Part shown: in pieces, positions 7,200-18,013 of the stretch
Layout of the letters: every line of letters starts with the position of its first letter
How positions within the stretch are numbered: the stretch's first letter is position 1
Source: an uncultured Eubacteriales bacterium
GTDB lineage: Bacteria; Bacillota; Clostridia; Christensenellales; Aristaeellaceae
DNA length: 45,066 bases
Assembly: GCA_902764915.1 (NCBI GenBank)
Contig: CACWXY010000067.1
Location: 1 to 45,066 of the forward strand
Direction of reading: 5' to 3'
The notes under the pieces: model-generated
Database searches by the model: none
What the model saw: only the letters and a program-made list of their open reading frames with translations
Told to the model about the DNA's origin: nothing
Position numbers and translations under genes: made by a program

Positions 7200-8591
7200 T
7201 CAGAGTTGCCACCGCGTCCTCTGTATCCAGCACGATCCACTCGATGGGTTCCAGCCCGTTGGCATCGTCGCCATCCTGCTCATAATGCCCGAAGGCACGA
7301 TGTCGCCGACTTCGATGGATGACAGTTCCTCCGCGGGCTCATCGACAGGTTCCTCCGCGGGTGTCTCAGCCGTTTCTTCGACAGAATCCTCCGCAGGCGT
7401 CGCCTCCATGGGGACGAAGCCCATGATGACCTCCAGGTTCGTTTCTCCCGCCTGGCTGGTCAGGCCGTTGTCCATGGACTGGCTCTGGATGTCCACATGG
7501 GTGACGTAGGTGAGTGACAGGGCGTCGTCCCCATACCCTACGGTCATCTCGATGTCCCCGGGCTCAAGGCGCAGGGTGTCGCCGTCCAGGGTATAGCTGT
7601 CATAGCCCGTCAATTCCAGCTCCGGCACGGAGAAGGGCAACTGGGGCACGGCCTGGATCAGCCCGTTCAGGTCGATGTCCGTGTCCACCGCGCCGTCCGC
7701 CAGGACCAGCCGATTGCCATAGGTGCTGCCGCCGTTCAGGCTCAGCCCGCCGTCGATGGAATAGGGGCTGTCTTCACTGAGGGTCTTGAAATGGATCGTA
7801 TCCAGCTGCCATTCCCGGCCTGCCCAGTCGGGGACGGCAGCGGTAGCATCCGCCCGTTTGCACTCGGCGGTGTAGGAATAGCTACCGCCATTGGCGAAGG
7901 TGGTGGTGATGTCCAGCTTCAAAACGCCGTCCTCCAGCACCCAGGTGCCGCCGCACGCGCTGATGCCCAGGGTGTTGTCCGCGGGGATGTCCACGGAGAA
8001 GGCGCTGTCGTCGCTGGAGATGGTGAAGGGATAGCTCTCGTGATAGCCGCTCTGGTCGAAGGTGTATTCGCCGCTGCCGTCAGCGTTGATGGTCGCAGTC
8101 AGGTCGATGGACGGGCCGCCGTTCTTCGGCGTGCCTACGCCTGTCCATTCGCCCACAAGATCGTCTGGAACAGCTGCGTCATCATCTGCGCTGGAAGAAA
8201 CATCCGCGCCTTCGGACGTGCTGTTCTCCTTCGTGAGAACGATTTCGCCGCTCACCAGCCGTATGCCTGTTTCATCAGTGAATGCTCTGAAGTCTCTGAA
8301 ATAAACACTGGTGGAGCTTTCCTGTCTGACGGAGAGTATATCGCTATTCAGACTGTATTCCACCTGTCCGTATATCCTGTCATTGATATTAAATGTTCCT
8401 TTGCCGCCTTCTTCAAATTGATAGACATAGCTCGTTTCATCGGTCTCGAATTTCCACGTGCCGATGAGCATGGCTTCATTCAGAACGGTGGCACGGTGGA
8501 CAGAATCCTCTGCCTCGCCCATTTCGGCCATAGTCGGCAGGGTGCAGAGCAGCAGGGAAAGGGTTAGCAGGATCGCAAGCAGCTTTTTCAT
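7200..8591 (-). CDS. Secreted Ser/Thr/Asp-rich protein with a signal peptide and a C-terminal acidic Pro/Glu repeat region. Function unknown.
   Basis: The signal peptide is MKKLLAILLTLSLLLCTLPTMA. The rest is beta-rich and low in charge, with the tail ...PAEDSVEETAETPAEEPVDEPAEE. Confidence 0.6.
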   Translation of the reverse strand: MKKLLAILLTLSLLLCTLPTMAEMGEAEDSVHRATVLNEAMLIGTWKFETDETSYVYQFEEGGKGTFNINDRIYGQVEYSLNSDILSVRQESSTSVYFRDFRAFTDETGIRLVSGEIVLTKENSTSEGADVSSSADDDAAVPDDLVGEWTGVGTPKNGGPSIDLTATINADGSGEYTFDQSGYHESYPFTISSDDSAFSVDIPADNTLGISACGGTWVLEDGVLKLDITTTFANGGSYSYTAECKRADATAAVPDWAGREWQLDTIHFKTLSEDSPYSIDGGLSLNGGSTYGNRLVLADGAVDTDIDLNGLIQAVPQLPFSVPELELTGYDSYTLDGDTLRLEPGDIEMTVGYGDDALSLTYVTHVDIQSQSMDNGLTSQAGETNLEVIMGFVPMEATPAEDSVEETAETPAEEPVDEPAEELSSIEVGDIVPSGIMSRMATMPTGWNPSSGSCWIQRTRWQL

Positions 8592-8648
8592 GGTTATGGC
8601 CTCCTTTGTTCTGTCACGAAAGGCAACACGGATCGTCATGGGTCACTT

Positions 8649-10385
8649 TCAATTCGACTCCAGATCCGCCCAGGGAATGTTCCCGCTCTCGCAGGCCACC
8701 TTCACCGGTGAGGCCGCCGGGGCGTACACCGTGCACTCCGGGCATTCACTGATAGGCGCGCCCACGCACCTTTCCACGGCGCCGGGAATGTACAGCGCCT
8801 CCAGGTATTTCATGTTGGCGACACATCCTGCTTCGATCAGCTTCACCGTGTCCGGCAGGCGCAGCGCGCGGATGCCGTCCCAGAAATTGTTCTCATTCAG
8901 CCTTGTGAACGCGGCGCTTTTGATCACGGCAACGGGCGCTCCGCCCAGCGCGGCGGGAACGGTAACCTCGGCTTCTTTCCCATAATACTTGAGCAGCACG
9001 GCCTCGCCGTCCAGGATCAGGTATTCGTAATCGCCTTCCCTTTGGATTTCAGGCTTGGGCATGTCATCGGCGCTGTCGCAGGGACGCCAGGCGATGCCGC
9101 GTTCCTCCGCCCACTGGGAGGCGGGGCTTCCCTCGGGGGTGTAGACGTAGATGAAGCCCTCGTTGAGTGCATTCATGGCAAAGTCGGTGATGCTGGCGGG
9201 CATGAACACGCACGCCACATAGCCGGAGGTGCTCAGGAACTGCCCGGGCAGCTTCTCCAGCCCATCGGGCAGCGCCACCCAGGAACAGCCGAGGCCGTTC
9301 TTCAAAAACCCCGTGTCGAGGCTGCGCAGTGTGGAGGGCAGCGTGATGGACCGGATGTCCCGACTGCCGTACAGACTATCCTCGCCGATCTCCTCCAGGC
9401 CCTCGTTGAAATCCAGGGTATCCAGCGGATGTCCGGGCCAGGGGGTGTACCAGAACACGTCCTCGCCGGTGATGCGCCTCAGCGTGGAGGGAAACTGTAT
9501 GTGCTTCAGGAACTGGCACTCGATGGCGTTCCTGCCCTCGATCCACTCCAGGCCCTCGGGAAGGATCAGCTCCACGAGATCGCTGCTCTTGATCTTCTCG
9601 ATGCCCACGACGGTCCGCCCCTCCACCTCCGCGGGGACCTCGAACCGGGTGAATTCGCCCTCCAGCCCGATCATGCAGCAGCCGCCATCCGTGACGCGGA
9701 AGGAGGCCGTGCCCTCGGGATATTCGACGACCAGCGGGACATTCAGAATGGCGGGCTCAAACCGCTTCCAAAGCGATCCCCATGCGAGCCTTGCTCCAGC
9801 CAGTACGCCAAAGCCGGATTGAGGCGGCGTGGTGGTGGTGCCGGCAATTTGCCAGACCTTCCCGCTGTCCAACGCCTTGGCGTACAGGGTGTACACACGG
9901 TTGTAGGCCGTGCCGATGTAGTCGCCCCGCTTCTGGTAGCTTTCGGTGATGTAGAGCACCGCGTCCGCCTCCGCAAGCGACCGCGCCCGGTTAGCCTCCG
10001 GCAGGCGCGCCAGAAAGCTGCCGGACAAGGCGCGGCGCATCAGCAGGAGGCTTCCGTCCGTCTCAAAGTCATCGCGCACGACGATGAATCGCGCGTCCCG
10101 CAGCGTCTCCGGCAATCCGTCGGCCTTTTCGGCATCGTCCACATTGGGGATCAGTTCCGCCGGCAGCTCCCCGGCGGGCGCGACGTTCAGTTCCGCGGCC
10201 CGTTGGGCGTCCTCCAGCTCCGCGGCATCCTCGGCGGAGATTTCGCTGAGCGCCGCCAGCTGTTCATCGAGGGTGGTAGCGGCCTGTATGGCCTCGGCGG
10301 CGGCTTTGAGCGTGCCCTCAGCCATCGCGGGCAGGGCGCAGAGCAGCAGAAAAAACGCGATCAGGATCGTAAGCAGCTTCTTCAT
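8649..10385 (-). CDS. Secreted leucine-rich-repeat (BspA-like) surface protein.
   Basis: The signal peptide is MKKLLTILIAFFLLLCALPAMA. LRR-like repeats follow: LPSTLRSLDTGFL, LPDGLEKLPGQFL, ITLPSTLR, ILPEGLEWIEGRNAIE. Confidence 0.6.
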   Translation of the reverse strand: MKKLLTILIAFFLLLCALPAMAEGTLKAAAEAIQAATTLDEQLAALSEISAEDAAELEDAQRAAELNVAPAGELPAELIPNVDDAEKADGLPETLRDARFIVVRDDFETDGSLLLMRRALSGSFLARLPEANRARSLAEADAVLYITESYQKRGDYIGTAYNRVYTLYAKALDSGKVWQIAGTTTTPPQSGFGVLAGARLAWGSLWKRFEPAILNVPLVVEYPEGTASFRVTDGGCCMIGLEGEFTRFEVPAEVEGRTVVGIEKIKSSDLVELILPEGLEWIEGRNAIECQFLKHIQFPSTLRRITGEDVFWYTPWPGHPLDTLDFNEGLEEIGEDSLYGSRDIRSITLPSTLRSLDTGFLKNGLGCSWVALPDGLEKLPGQFLSTSGYVACVFMPASITDFAMNALNEGFIYVYTPEGSPASQWAEERGIAWRPCDSADDMPKPEIQREGDYEYLILDGEAVLLKYYGKEAEVTVPAALGGAPVAVIKSAAFTRLNENNFWDGIRALRLPDTVKLIEAGCVANMKYLEALYIPGAVERCVGAPISECPECTVYAPAASPVKVACESGNIPWADLESN

Positions 10386-10573
10386 AGAATCAGCCCCCTT
10401 GCTTTCATGAAATCCCCATCGAAAAATACCTGATACTTCCAACCTGTAATCTTTTACAGAAAAAAAGGCTCCACTTATCTGTATAAATTGTAATATGTCG
10501 ACAATAAAAAAACAGTGCCGATGGTCATTCCATTCGGCACTGAACTTTGGCACTATGGGTTTTTCTAAAGTAT

Positions 10574-11206
10574 CTAAGCAACAAAATGCTTTTCGACGGC
10601 GTACTTGGCCAGCTGGGCACGGCTGATACAGCCGGTTTTGCTGAACAGCAGGGAAATCATGTTCTTGACCGTTCCGGGACGCAGATTCAGCCGGCCGGCA
10701 ATCTCTGCGTTGGTCATGCCCTGGCAGACGAAACGGAGAATCTCCATCTCGCGCTGAGTAAAATCGACCTCTGTCTTCCGGGTCAGGCTTTGCTTCAGAT
10801 GTGCCATGACATCCTTATCGTAAACGTTCATGCCTCCCAGAATAGAAAGCAGCGAGGCCTTCAGCTTATCTGGCTCGATCACTTTTAACAGAAAGCCGTT
10901 GCAGCCCGCTTCCATAGCCTGCCGCACCGTTTCCTCATCATCAAAGGTGGTCAATGCCACAAAGCGCATTTCAGGCATCTCCGACTTGACATTGACAATA
11001 ACCTCCGGGCCGGACAGCTTCGGCATCTGCATATCCAGGATAACGATGTCCGGCTTGAGCTTCCTGCACAGTTCTACGGCTTCTGCACCGTCTGATGCCA
11101 CGCCGACGACATCAAACTCCTCCCATCCGCCAATCGTCAGCCGCAGTCCTTCCGTCATCAGCGGATGATCGTCCGCAAGCAGTACCCGGATTTTCTTGCT
11201 CATCAT
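10574..11206 (-). CDS. Response regulator of the NarL/LuxR family (REC domain plus LuxR HTH).
   Basis: The protein reads MSKKIRVLLADDHPLMTEGL ... PDIVILDMQMP ... LTQREMEILRFVCQGMTNAEIAGRLNLRPGTVKNMISLLFSK. The RBS is ggaggt. Confidence 0.85.
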   Translation of the reverse strand: MMSKKIRVLLADDHPLMTEGLRLTIGGWEEFDVVGVASDGAEAVELCRKLKPDIVILDMQMPKLSGPEVIVNVKSEMPEMRFVALTTFDDEETVRQAMEAGCNGFLLKVIEPDKLKASLLSILGGMNVYDKDVMAHLKQSLTRKTEVDFTQREMEILRFVCQGMTNAEIAGRLNLRPGTVKNMISLLFSKTGCISRAQLAKYAVEKHFVA

Positions 11207-12153
11207 GTGCACCTCCATTCTGCTACAATGCCAAAGCACTTGTCTTCTTCCGCCTCAAAGTGAACCTGACCGCCCGAATTGTGGACGTTTTCCTCCATGG
11301 TTTTCAGGCCGAATCCCTTTTCAAGGACACCGTGAAAATGCCCGTTATCTGTAATTCGCAGCGTCAGTTTCCCCTGTGTCATATGCGCCTGGATGTCCAG
11401 CTGATCCGCCATGGAATGTGAGAGGGTATTGTGATACGCCTCCCTGCAAACACCCAGGATCACATCATACAAACCGGCGGCAAAGGGCGGCTCTTTTCCG
11501 GTAATACGCAGACGGATCGGAAACGGGCTGGTACTTCGAAACACCTCCAGCATTTCCGCCAGTGAATTGTAATCGCTCCCGGTTCGGTCCTTTTCCACAC
11601 GGCGGCAGATGGCGATGCCATCGTCGATCAGACCGTTGTATTTCTCCTCGTCATTGTCCCGAAGTTCCAAACACATCTGGGAAATCGTGTTCAGCGCGGT
11701 AATCGCGTGTCCCATCCCGTCATGGATCGTACGCGCGATGCGCAGCTGCTCTTCATAGTCAGTCAGCATCTTGACCTGGCGGGCATATTCCTCCAGTTCC
11801 GCATTCGCATGCATCTGTTTCTGCGTTAACGCATCCAGTTCTACTCTTCTTTGGCGGTGCTGGTCCACAAGCCGCTCTTTTTCCGTAATATCGACGAGAT
11901 AAACAACATGCCCGCCCTGAATGCCTTCCGCGCTTACATTCGATATGCTGCGCTGGTAAACCCTGCCCTGACAGGCATATACATCACAGGGCATATCCCT
12001 GCAGTCCGGCATATACCGGGAAAGGTTTTTCCCCTTTTTCAGCCCTTCAAACGGCCCCGGGCGATTGTAATCGAGGATATACCAATAAACATCCGTAATG
12101 ATCACCGTATCCGGCAATAATCGGTAGGCCTGCTCAAACTGTTCCATTTTCAT
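11203..12153 (-). CDS. Cytoplasmic histidine kinase catalytic unit (HisKA_3-type dimerisation/H-box plus HATPase_c). No TM region.
   Basis: The H-box is RIARTIHDGMGHAITAL. The C-terminus has ATP-lid G-boxes, ITDNGHFHG...GFGLKTMEENV. Its start overlaps the stop of the upstream 7TM gene in ATGA. Confidence 0.8.
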   Translation of the reverse strand: MKMEQFEQAYRLLPDTVIITDVYWYILDYNRPGPFEGLKKGKNLSRYMPDCRDMPCDVYACQGRVYQRSISNVSAEGIQGGHVVYLVDITEKERLVDQHRQRRVELDALTQKQMHANAELEEYARQVKMLTDYEEQLRIARTIHDGMGHAITALNTISQMCLELRDNDEEKYNGLIDDGIAICRRVEKDRTGSDYNSLAEMLEVFRSTSPFPIRLRITGKEPPFAAGLYDVILGVCREAYHNTLSHSMADQLDIQAHMTQGKLTLRITDNGHFHGVLEKGFGLKTMEENVHNSGGQVHFEAEEDKCFGIVAEWRCT

Positions 12154-13418
12154 TCTCCTCTGAGCTGCATCACGGCGTTTCGGATCGCTTCGATGCTTTG
12201 CCGCGTCAGGTCCAGATTCTCCCGGAGCACCGCCTCCGCGTTTCCAGGATCCAACTTTGCCGTATGGAGGTTTTCTTCCACTCTTCGGAACACATCGCCG
12301 GCCAGTTTCCGTGTGGAGGCTATCAGGTCCTGTTTGCGCCGGATCTTTTCCGGATCCGGTAAGGTCTCAAGATAGGCGTCGATGTTTCGCCTTACGTCGT
12401 CAAGATCCCTGTGAAGGGATTCCAGTTCGCAGATCTGACCTTCCAGCACAGATTGTTCCCTGTAGGTTTCACTCATGTCCGTAGCGGCAACCAGAATGAA
12501 TGTGCCGCCGGCCAGAGGCATGACGTCAGCAGTCATATGTTTGCCATCAAAGTCATCTTCGAGTTTGGCCGGCACATCGGACAATCGCGCGGTCAGCTGC
12601 CGCATAACCCCTTCATATTCACATGCTGCGGCGCGATTGACATAGCTCCAATTCCCTTTTGACGAATCATATATGCCGATGGGGTGTTCCGTCTGATCGA
12701 TGACTTCTCGGATTGACAGAGAAACGATGTTGACATAGTGATGCTTAAAGATGATCTGATACAGGCTGGCGATGCAAACGGTCATGACGATCGGTGTGTA
12801 ATCAAAACGGTCAATGCCGCTGATGGACCGAATAAGGATTGCCGCAACCGGAAGAAGCGGGAACAGGGAAAACATGACAAGCTGCCTCAGCCGGTCACGC
12901 TCAGTCCTGAGAACAAACCGGACAGAGACAATATAGCCTGCCAGCAGTAATAGAAAAGACCCCAAAAGACAGGGAATAAAAAGCGGACCATGACCTACGC
13001 GCTGCCCCATATCAAGCTTCGTATAAAATAGATGATGCCATGGGTTGGTGAACACCAATAAACATGTAATGAACGGACTGAAGAAAACCAACACCTGAAA
13101 CCATCCGGATGAAGCCAGGCGATCCTGTCCGGACAGATAGAGTACCCACAAAAGATAAAAAGCCGCCGCGGTCGTGTCTCCAATATACTGATAGTTCGCC
13201 GCAAATTGATAGAAACTATTGTTCGTGGGAAAGAACAGATACACAATCGTCTCCAGAAATCTGCCTGAAACCCACATCCATGTCGCAATGCAGAAGCAGA
13301 AAAACCAAGTCCATACCGGAGAAGACTGCCTCCTGCGGAACAGAACTATGATAAACAGAAGGTGCATGATCAGGTAGGCAGACTGCATGATAAAGTTGAC
13401 GATTCGATACGGCTCCAT
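12150..13418 (-). CDS. Multi-pass membrane sensor protein (about 7 TM helices) with a cytoplasmic coiled-coil tail. Putative input module of the split sensor kinase.
   Basis: The first ~230 aa are seven hydrophobic segments. The tail is ...LEGQICELESLHRDLDDVRRN.... The RBS is gggagg. It is translationally coupled (ATGA) to the kinase gene. Confidence 0.65.
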   Translation of the reverse strand: MEPYRIVNFIMQSAYLIMHLLFIIVLFRRRQSSPVWTWFFCFCIATWMWVSGRFLETIVYLFFPTNNSFYQFAANYQYIGDTTAAAFYLLWVLYLSGQDRLASSGWFQVLVFFSPFITCLLVFTNPWHHLFYTKLDMGQRVGHGPLFIPCLLGSFLLLLAGYIVSVRFVLRTERDRLRQLVMFSLFPLLPVAAILIRSISGIDRFDYTPIVMTVCIASLYQIIFKHHYVNIVSLSIREVIDQTEHPIGIYDSSKGNWSYVNRAAACEYEGVMRQLTARLSDVPAKLEDDFDGKHMTADVMPLAGGTFILVAATDMSETYREQSVLEGQICELESLHRDLDDVRRNIDAYLETLPDPEKIRRKQDLIASTRKLAGDVFRRVEENLHTAKLDPGNAEAVLRENLDLTRQSIEAIRNAVMQLRGE

Positions 13419-13478
13419 TAAAGCCCCTCCCTTCCGCGTCGGATATGGTCTGCAGCCGGTAGAAGGTGGTTTTTCAGC

Positions 13479-14690
13479 CTACGCCCTGACATACTTCTGC
13501 TTGCTGCTGTTGGGCTTGTCTGGGATCGTACGCTTCAGCCTGCCGCTTTTGACAAGCGGTGCGAGGATATTTTTCCGGAAGTATTCCCTGAAACTGATCT
13601 CACAGAATTGCTGAAGCTCAGCTGCGGTTCTTTCATTCGTGCAATATTCAAGCAGTGCACTGATCCTGCTGATATCCAGCTTGACCGTGACAGCCTCATC
13701 AACTTGCACACTTGACTTGCCCACTTGCGCACTCACTTGCGCACTTGCCACAGCTGAAGTCCCCGGACCGACCTTTGTCATGGAGCCGAAGGATAGAGGG
13801 ATAATGATTTTAAACACATCACCCTCAATGAATTCCGGCTCTGCGCCGCTGTACATCATGGTGTACTTATAGCTGTTCCGCATGCCGGAGCCCAGCTCGT
13901 CAGCATATCCGATTTCCCGGAACACCTTGCTGATGGCGGGGTTCTTGGCAAAGGGCTCAAAGCTTCTGATGTCCAACGCGCCGATGCCGTGCACTCGGTT
14001 TCCGTTCTCCACAGTGATCCTGTCCCGTTCGATCAGCAGCTTTGCCACATATCCGCTGGAGTAATCCCGGTGGGCCAGGGAATTTGAGATGATCTCGCGA
14101 AGGATCTTGTCCCTGGCGCTGACACTCTGGATGCCGTCCAGCACAAACAGATCATTCAGATGCTTCTGTCCGAAGGCGAACATCTGCTCATAGGATTCCA
14201 GCAGGTTCGTTAAAATGACCTCCCGGTCGTCATAACGATCCACATTGTAGACCCGGTAGATGCAGTCCGTCTTATGATGGGCACAGGCTGAGGCGATCAT
14301 GTTGTCCGTGCCGAACAGCAGAACCGCCGCCAGGGTGATGCCGGTCCTTCCTTCCTTCCTCATCCGTCAGGATCAGGCCGCTCGTTCGGAGCAACTCCTT
14401 GTTTGCCATATCCGCCTAGGGATGACGCTGCCTGTCAAAAAGCTGTTTCCGGGTGATCGCCATCTCCCTGGCTTTTTCGATCAGGTCAGCGCGGAGATCG
14501 GATACACTCCAATGCGGGTAGACTCTGTTCACATAATAGGTGCTTTGCTTGCGGGCATAGCACTGAAAGACCCGGTCAGAAAGGTCGGTAATATCCATAT
14601 CCGCGTCATCGTTCCTGTCGAAGATCTGCTCTTTATGACGAATGACCGATGGACTGACGGGAACATGAATATGGATGATATGATATCCGC
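13479..14690 (-). pseudogene. Disrupted gene for an AlbA_2 (divergent AAA_4) plus HATPase_c_4 putative transcriptional regulator, annotated in databases as RecG-like C-terminal domain protein.
   Basis: - The C-terminal 294-aa ORF reads ...ISNSLAHRDYSSGYV...GSGMRNS.
- The N-terminal AlbA_2-like part at 14416–14690 ends in an in-frame TAG.
- The downstream part continues in a different frame, so the gene carries a stop plus a frameshift. Confidence 0.55.
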
Positions 14691-14862
14691 CGGGCGATCA
14701 CAATTTGCGGGGGCGTCAAAAGCCTGATCCAAAGATTCAAAGGGATCAGTCTGCCCAAATTGCCCAAATTAGCGGAAATCTGAGGGGAAAGCCCCTTTTT
14801 TATTGTCAAAAATCGCTTTCTGAAGCCACATAAGCGATTCTATGATGTAAAAAATGACATTG

Positions 14863-14938
14863 TGGTGGAGCATACCGGAGTCGAACCGGTGGCCTCTACA
14901 ATGCGAATGTAGCGCACTACCAACTGTGCCAATGCCCC
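14863..14938 (-). tRNA. tRNA-Ala (anticodon CGC).
   Basis: - The reverse complement reads GGGGCATTGGCACAGTTGGTAGTGCGCTACATTCGCATTGTAGAGGCCACCGGTTCGACTCCGGTATGCTCCACCA.
- It forms a clean cloverleaf.
- The G3:U70 Ala identity pair is present.
- The anticodon loop is TTCGCAT.
- CCA is encoded. Confidence 0.85.
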
Positions 14939-16645
14939 GCAACAAAATGAAATATATCACTTTTCCAGGCACTTGTAAAGTCAAAAAGCAGAAATGATTT
15001 AAAAAAAATAGTGAAACATAATAAAAGTACGATCAAAAGTGTCCACACGGGAACAAAGAAAGAGGGGACTGCGCTGGTCATTTTCCAGGGATTATTTTTC
15101 GGCTTTCAGTGCAGACACCGTGCCAATAGACCTGTTTTTCTTGCAACCATCGCCCCCACAGGATGCGATGCGACAAGGGTCAGACTTGTGGAGAGCAGAT
15201 ATGCAGACAGTCGGATCGAAGTCATCATTTCATACTCGGACGCCAGCATGTCAATGCAGCGGTGTGCCCCGCGGAATACCAGGTACTGTGAGCCACAGGC
15301 CCTGTGTGATCAGAAGTTTTCCAATCCTGCGGCCTTTGAACCGGATGACCCTGCGTGTTGCCATCTCCCGATACGGTTCCCCATAGCGCAAACCCCCGGA
15401 TTGCAGAGAACTGCAATACCGGGAATGATGGATGCGGGAAAGCGCAGAAAGGCCATGACGACAATCTGTGCTTTAAACGTGTCAAAGGAATCCATGATGG
15501 ACTGCATGCCTGCAATGAACAGATGCGTTCCGATGTCTGTTGTGTCGGTGTATGTGACGGAGGAAACAGAGGAAAGGGACAATGCTTCTGCACAGGCATC
15601 CATCATGACCATGCCTTCGGCCATGGAATGGAGAATCCCGGAAACACGCGTAGTATAGACGGGATGAACCGTACGGGGAGAAGGCAATGGTGCCACCTGG
15701 CTGTATAGGTTCTGGTCTCGCTCTGTGCTCACAGATAGACACGCCGCTGTCAGAAAGCGGTGTGAACCGCATGCCCCGGGAAGGATACCTTACCATATCA
15801 TGGGTTACATGACAGAATTCCAGACTGACGGGGCAGTCCTGCAGATGGACGGAAGACGCAGCGCACCAGTCCAGGACCGTTCGCCGCACGGCGCGCAGGC
15901 GCTTTCCGGCGTTGCCTGCGCCGTGTCCAGATTGATACGTCGGGTATAATGGAGGGTATTCTCATAGAATGTCTGCATATAGGCATGCATGGTGTCATGC
16001 ATGCCAGGCTCTCCCACCAGAAGAACCATGCAGCGGACTGCACCCGGCAGCGCTATCAGCGGGCATGCCCGCGGGACCCGTTTCGTTCCAGAGGAAAGAC
16101 GCCTGAAGAAAGGCGTCTCTTCTGCAGAGGGATGACATATGGCTTTGGGCGTGCAGGGCTTCAGGACGTCGGCTGTCCACCTGGCATGCCATGGCCGGAC
16201 CGCCGCGATTTCCTTTACAGGGGCGTCACCGTCCGGTACCGTGAGCGTGGGAATCCGTCAGCGCATCCCGGACAGTGGCGCAATATTCTGGCAGCCCGCG
16301 GCAATGGTGCCGGAAGTGGGACTGTTCAGTCCGCCGGGAAGGTGCAGATGCGTACTTTTCCGGCACTGCCGGGGCCGAGTACAGCATGATCTTTTCCTCG
16401 GGCCAGGAAAAAACTGACAGGAACCAGGGCTTTCCGGGTATGCACGCCGGCCTGGCAGACGCGGGATACGTTCTTGCATTCCATCATGGCACAGGATCGC
16501 CGCTGCTGAAAGTGAGATGTTACGAAAGAAAGCACGAATCACAGATTATGATCCGGGAATTGCAAACTGTCCTTTCCAAGCTTGTCATATGGTGGCAAAT
16601 ATGGCAGAATTTCCACAGGATAATTCCATGAAAGGGAGAATACAT

Positions 16646-17947
16646 ATGAATCGACTGTTTCAGAAACTGAATCAGTCCCGGATCTTCCGGGATCTGAATC
16701 CGCAGGAATTTTCCTGGGTCCTCTATGATGTGGGCAATTCCGCCTATACGATGCTGGCCTGTTCGCTGATTCCCATATGGTTCAAGAACCTGGCCATCGG
16801 AACGGGACAGGGGCAGATTACGGGGGACCAGGCGACCGCGTACTATTCCATCGCCATTTCCATCGTGACCATTGCGGTGGCGCTTCTGGGTCCTGTCTGC
16901 GGCGCGCTGGCGGACCGCAAGGACCGGAAAAAGATCTTCTTTTCCACAGCCATGGCATTGGGCGCCATCGGGTGCATACTCAACGGCTTTGCCTCCACAT
17001 GGATGATTTTCCTGGTCATCTATGTGCTCACGAAGATCCTCTATTCCACATCCCTGACCTTCTATGACTCCATGCTCAACGATGTGACTACCGAGGAACG
17101 CATGGACCAGGTGTCTTCTTACGGGTTTGCATGGGGCTACATCGGATCCTGCTTCCCCTTCCTGATTGCCCTGATCGCCTATGTCCTGGGCCCGGACATG
17201 ATGGGCAAGCTCTCCGAAAACGTTTCCAAGATCATCGGTTTTACGGTGACGGCCGCATGGTGGTGTCTGGTAACACTGCCCCTGATCCGCAATTACCGGC
17301 AGAAGAACTATGTGGACGCCAGCGAGACGAGCGTGAGAAAGGTGTTCGGCGGTATTTTCCATACCCTCAAGACCATTGCGCTGCATGACCGGAAAGTGCT
17401 GTTCTTCCTGATTGCCTTCTTCCTCTATATTGACGGCGTGGGCACCATCATTGACAACTGCATCAATATTGGGACCGACCTGGGTCTTCCCACAGTGGGA
17501 CAGGTCATCTTCCTTCTGGCCACACAGGTCGTGGCGTGGATCGGTTCCCTGGTCTTTGCCAGGCTGTCCCGCAAACATCAGACGGTGCCGCTGATTCTCA
17601 TCTGCATTGCCGGATACTTCTGCGTATGCTTGTATGCCCTGACACTGAAGACGCTCTTGCACTTTGGCATTCTCGCCTTTGGCGTGGGCTGCTTCCAGGG
17701 CTCCATTCAGTCGCTGTCGCGCTCCTATTACTCCAAGATCATTCCGCCGGAAAACTCCGGGGAATACTTCGGCATCTATGATATTTTTGCCAAAGGCGCA
17801 TCTTTCCTGGGCTCTGCAGTGATCGCCTCCGTAAAGCTGGCGGGCGGCACCATCAATATCGCTGTGGCGTCCCTGGCGATCTTCTTTGCCCTGGGCTTTG
17901 TATTCCTGCTCATTTCCTCCCGGCAGAAGAAAATGGTCCGCGCCTGA
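16646..17947 (+). CDS. MFS transporter (UMF1/Atg22-like subfamily).
   Basis: It has 12 predicted TM helices and the motif GPVCGALADRKDRKK. The RBS is aaagggag before MNRLFQKL. Confidence 0.8.
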   Translation: MNRLFQKLNQSRIFRDLNPQEFSWVLYDVGNSAYTMLACSLIPIWFKNLAIGTGQGQITGDQATAYYSIAISIVTIAVALLGPVCGALADRKDRKKIFFSTAMALGAIGCILNGFASTWMIFLVIYVLTKILYSTSLTFYDSMLNDVTTEERMDQVSSYGFAWGYIGSCFPFLIALIAYVLGPDMMGKLSENVSKIIGFTVTAAWWCLVTLPLIRNYRQKNYVDASETSVRKVFGGIFHTLKTIALHDRKVLFFLIAFFLYIDGVGTIIDNCINIGTDLGLPTVGQVIFLLATQVVAWIGSLVFARLSRKHQTVPLILICIAGYFCVCLYALTLKTLLHFGILAFGVGCFQGSIQSLSRSYYSKIIPPENSGEYFGIYDIFAKGASFLGSAVIASVKLAGGTINIAVASLAIFFALGFVFLLISSRQKKMVRA

Positions 17948-18013
17948 GCGCGACTGCCGGCAACATCAAAAAAGCGGAAGGCATCCCTTTCACAGGGGGG
18001 TGCCTTCCGTTTT

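Noticed and set aside
9042-10433. Large plus-strand ORFs (9042..10433, 9229..9822), and similarly 16520..17662(-), 19677..20651(-), 21584..23389(-), 23461..24357(-), 24364..25671(-), 29030..30745(-), 30834..31793(-), 32448..33344(-)
   Set aside because: These are antisense shadow ORFs of the high-GC genes on the opposite strand. They are Arg/Gly/His/Pro-rich, with no RBS and no domains.
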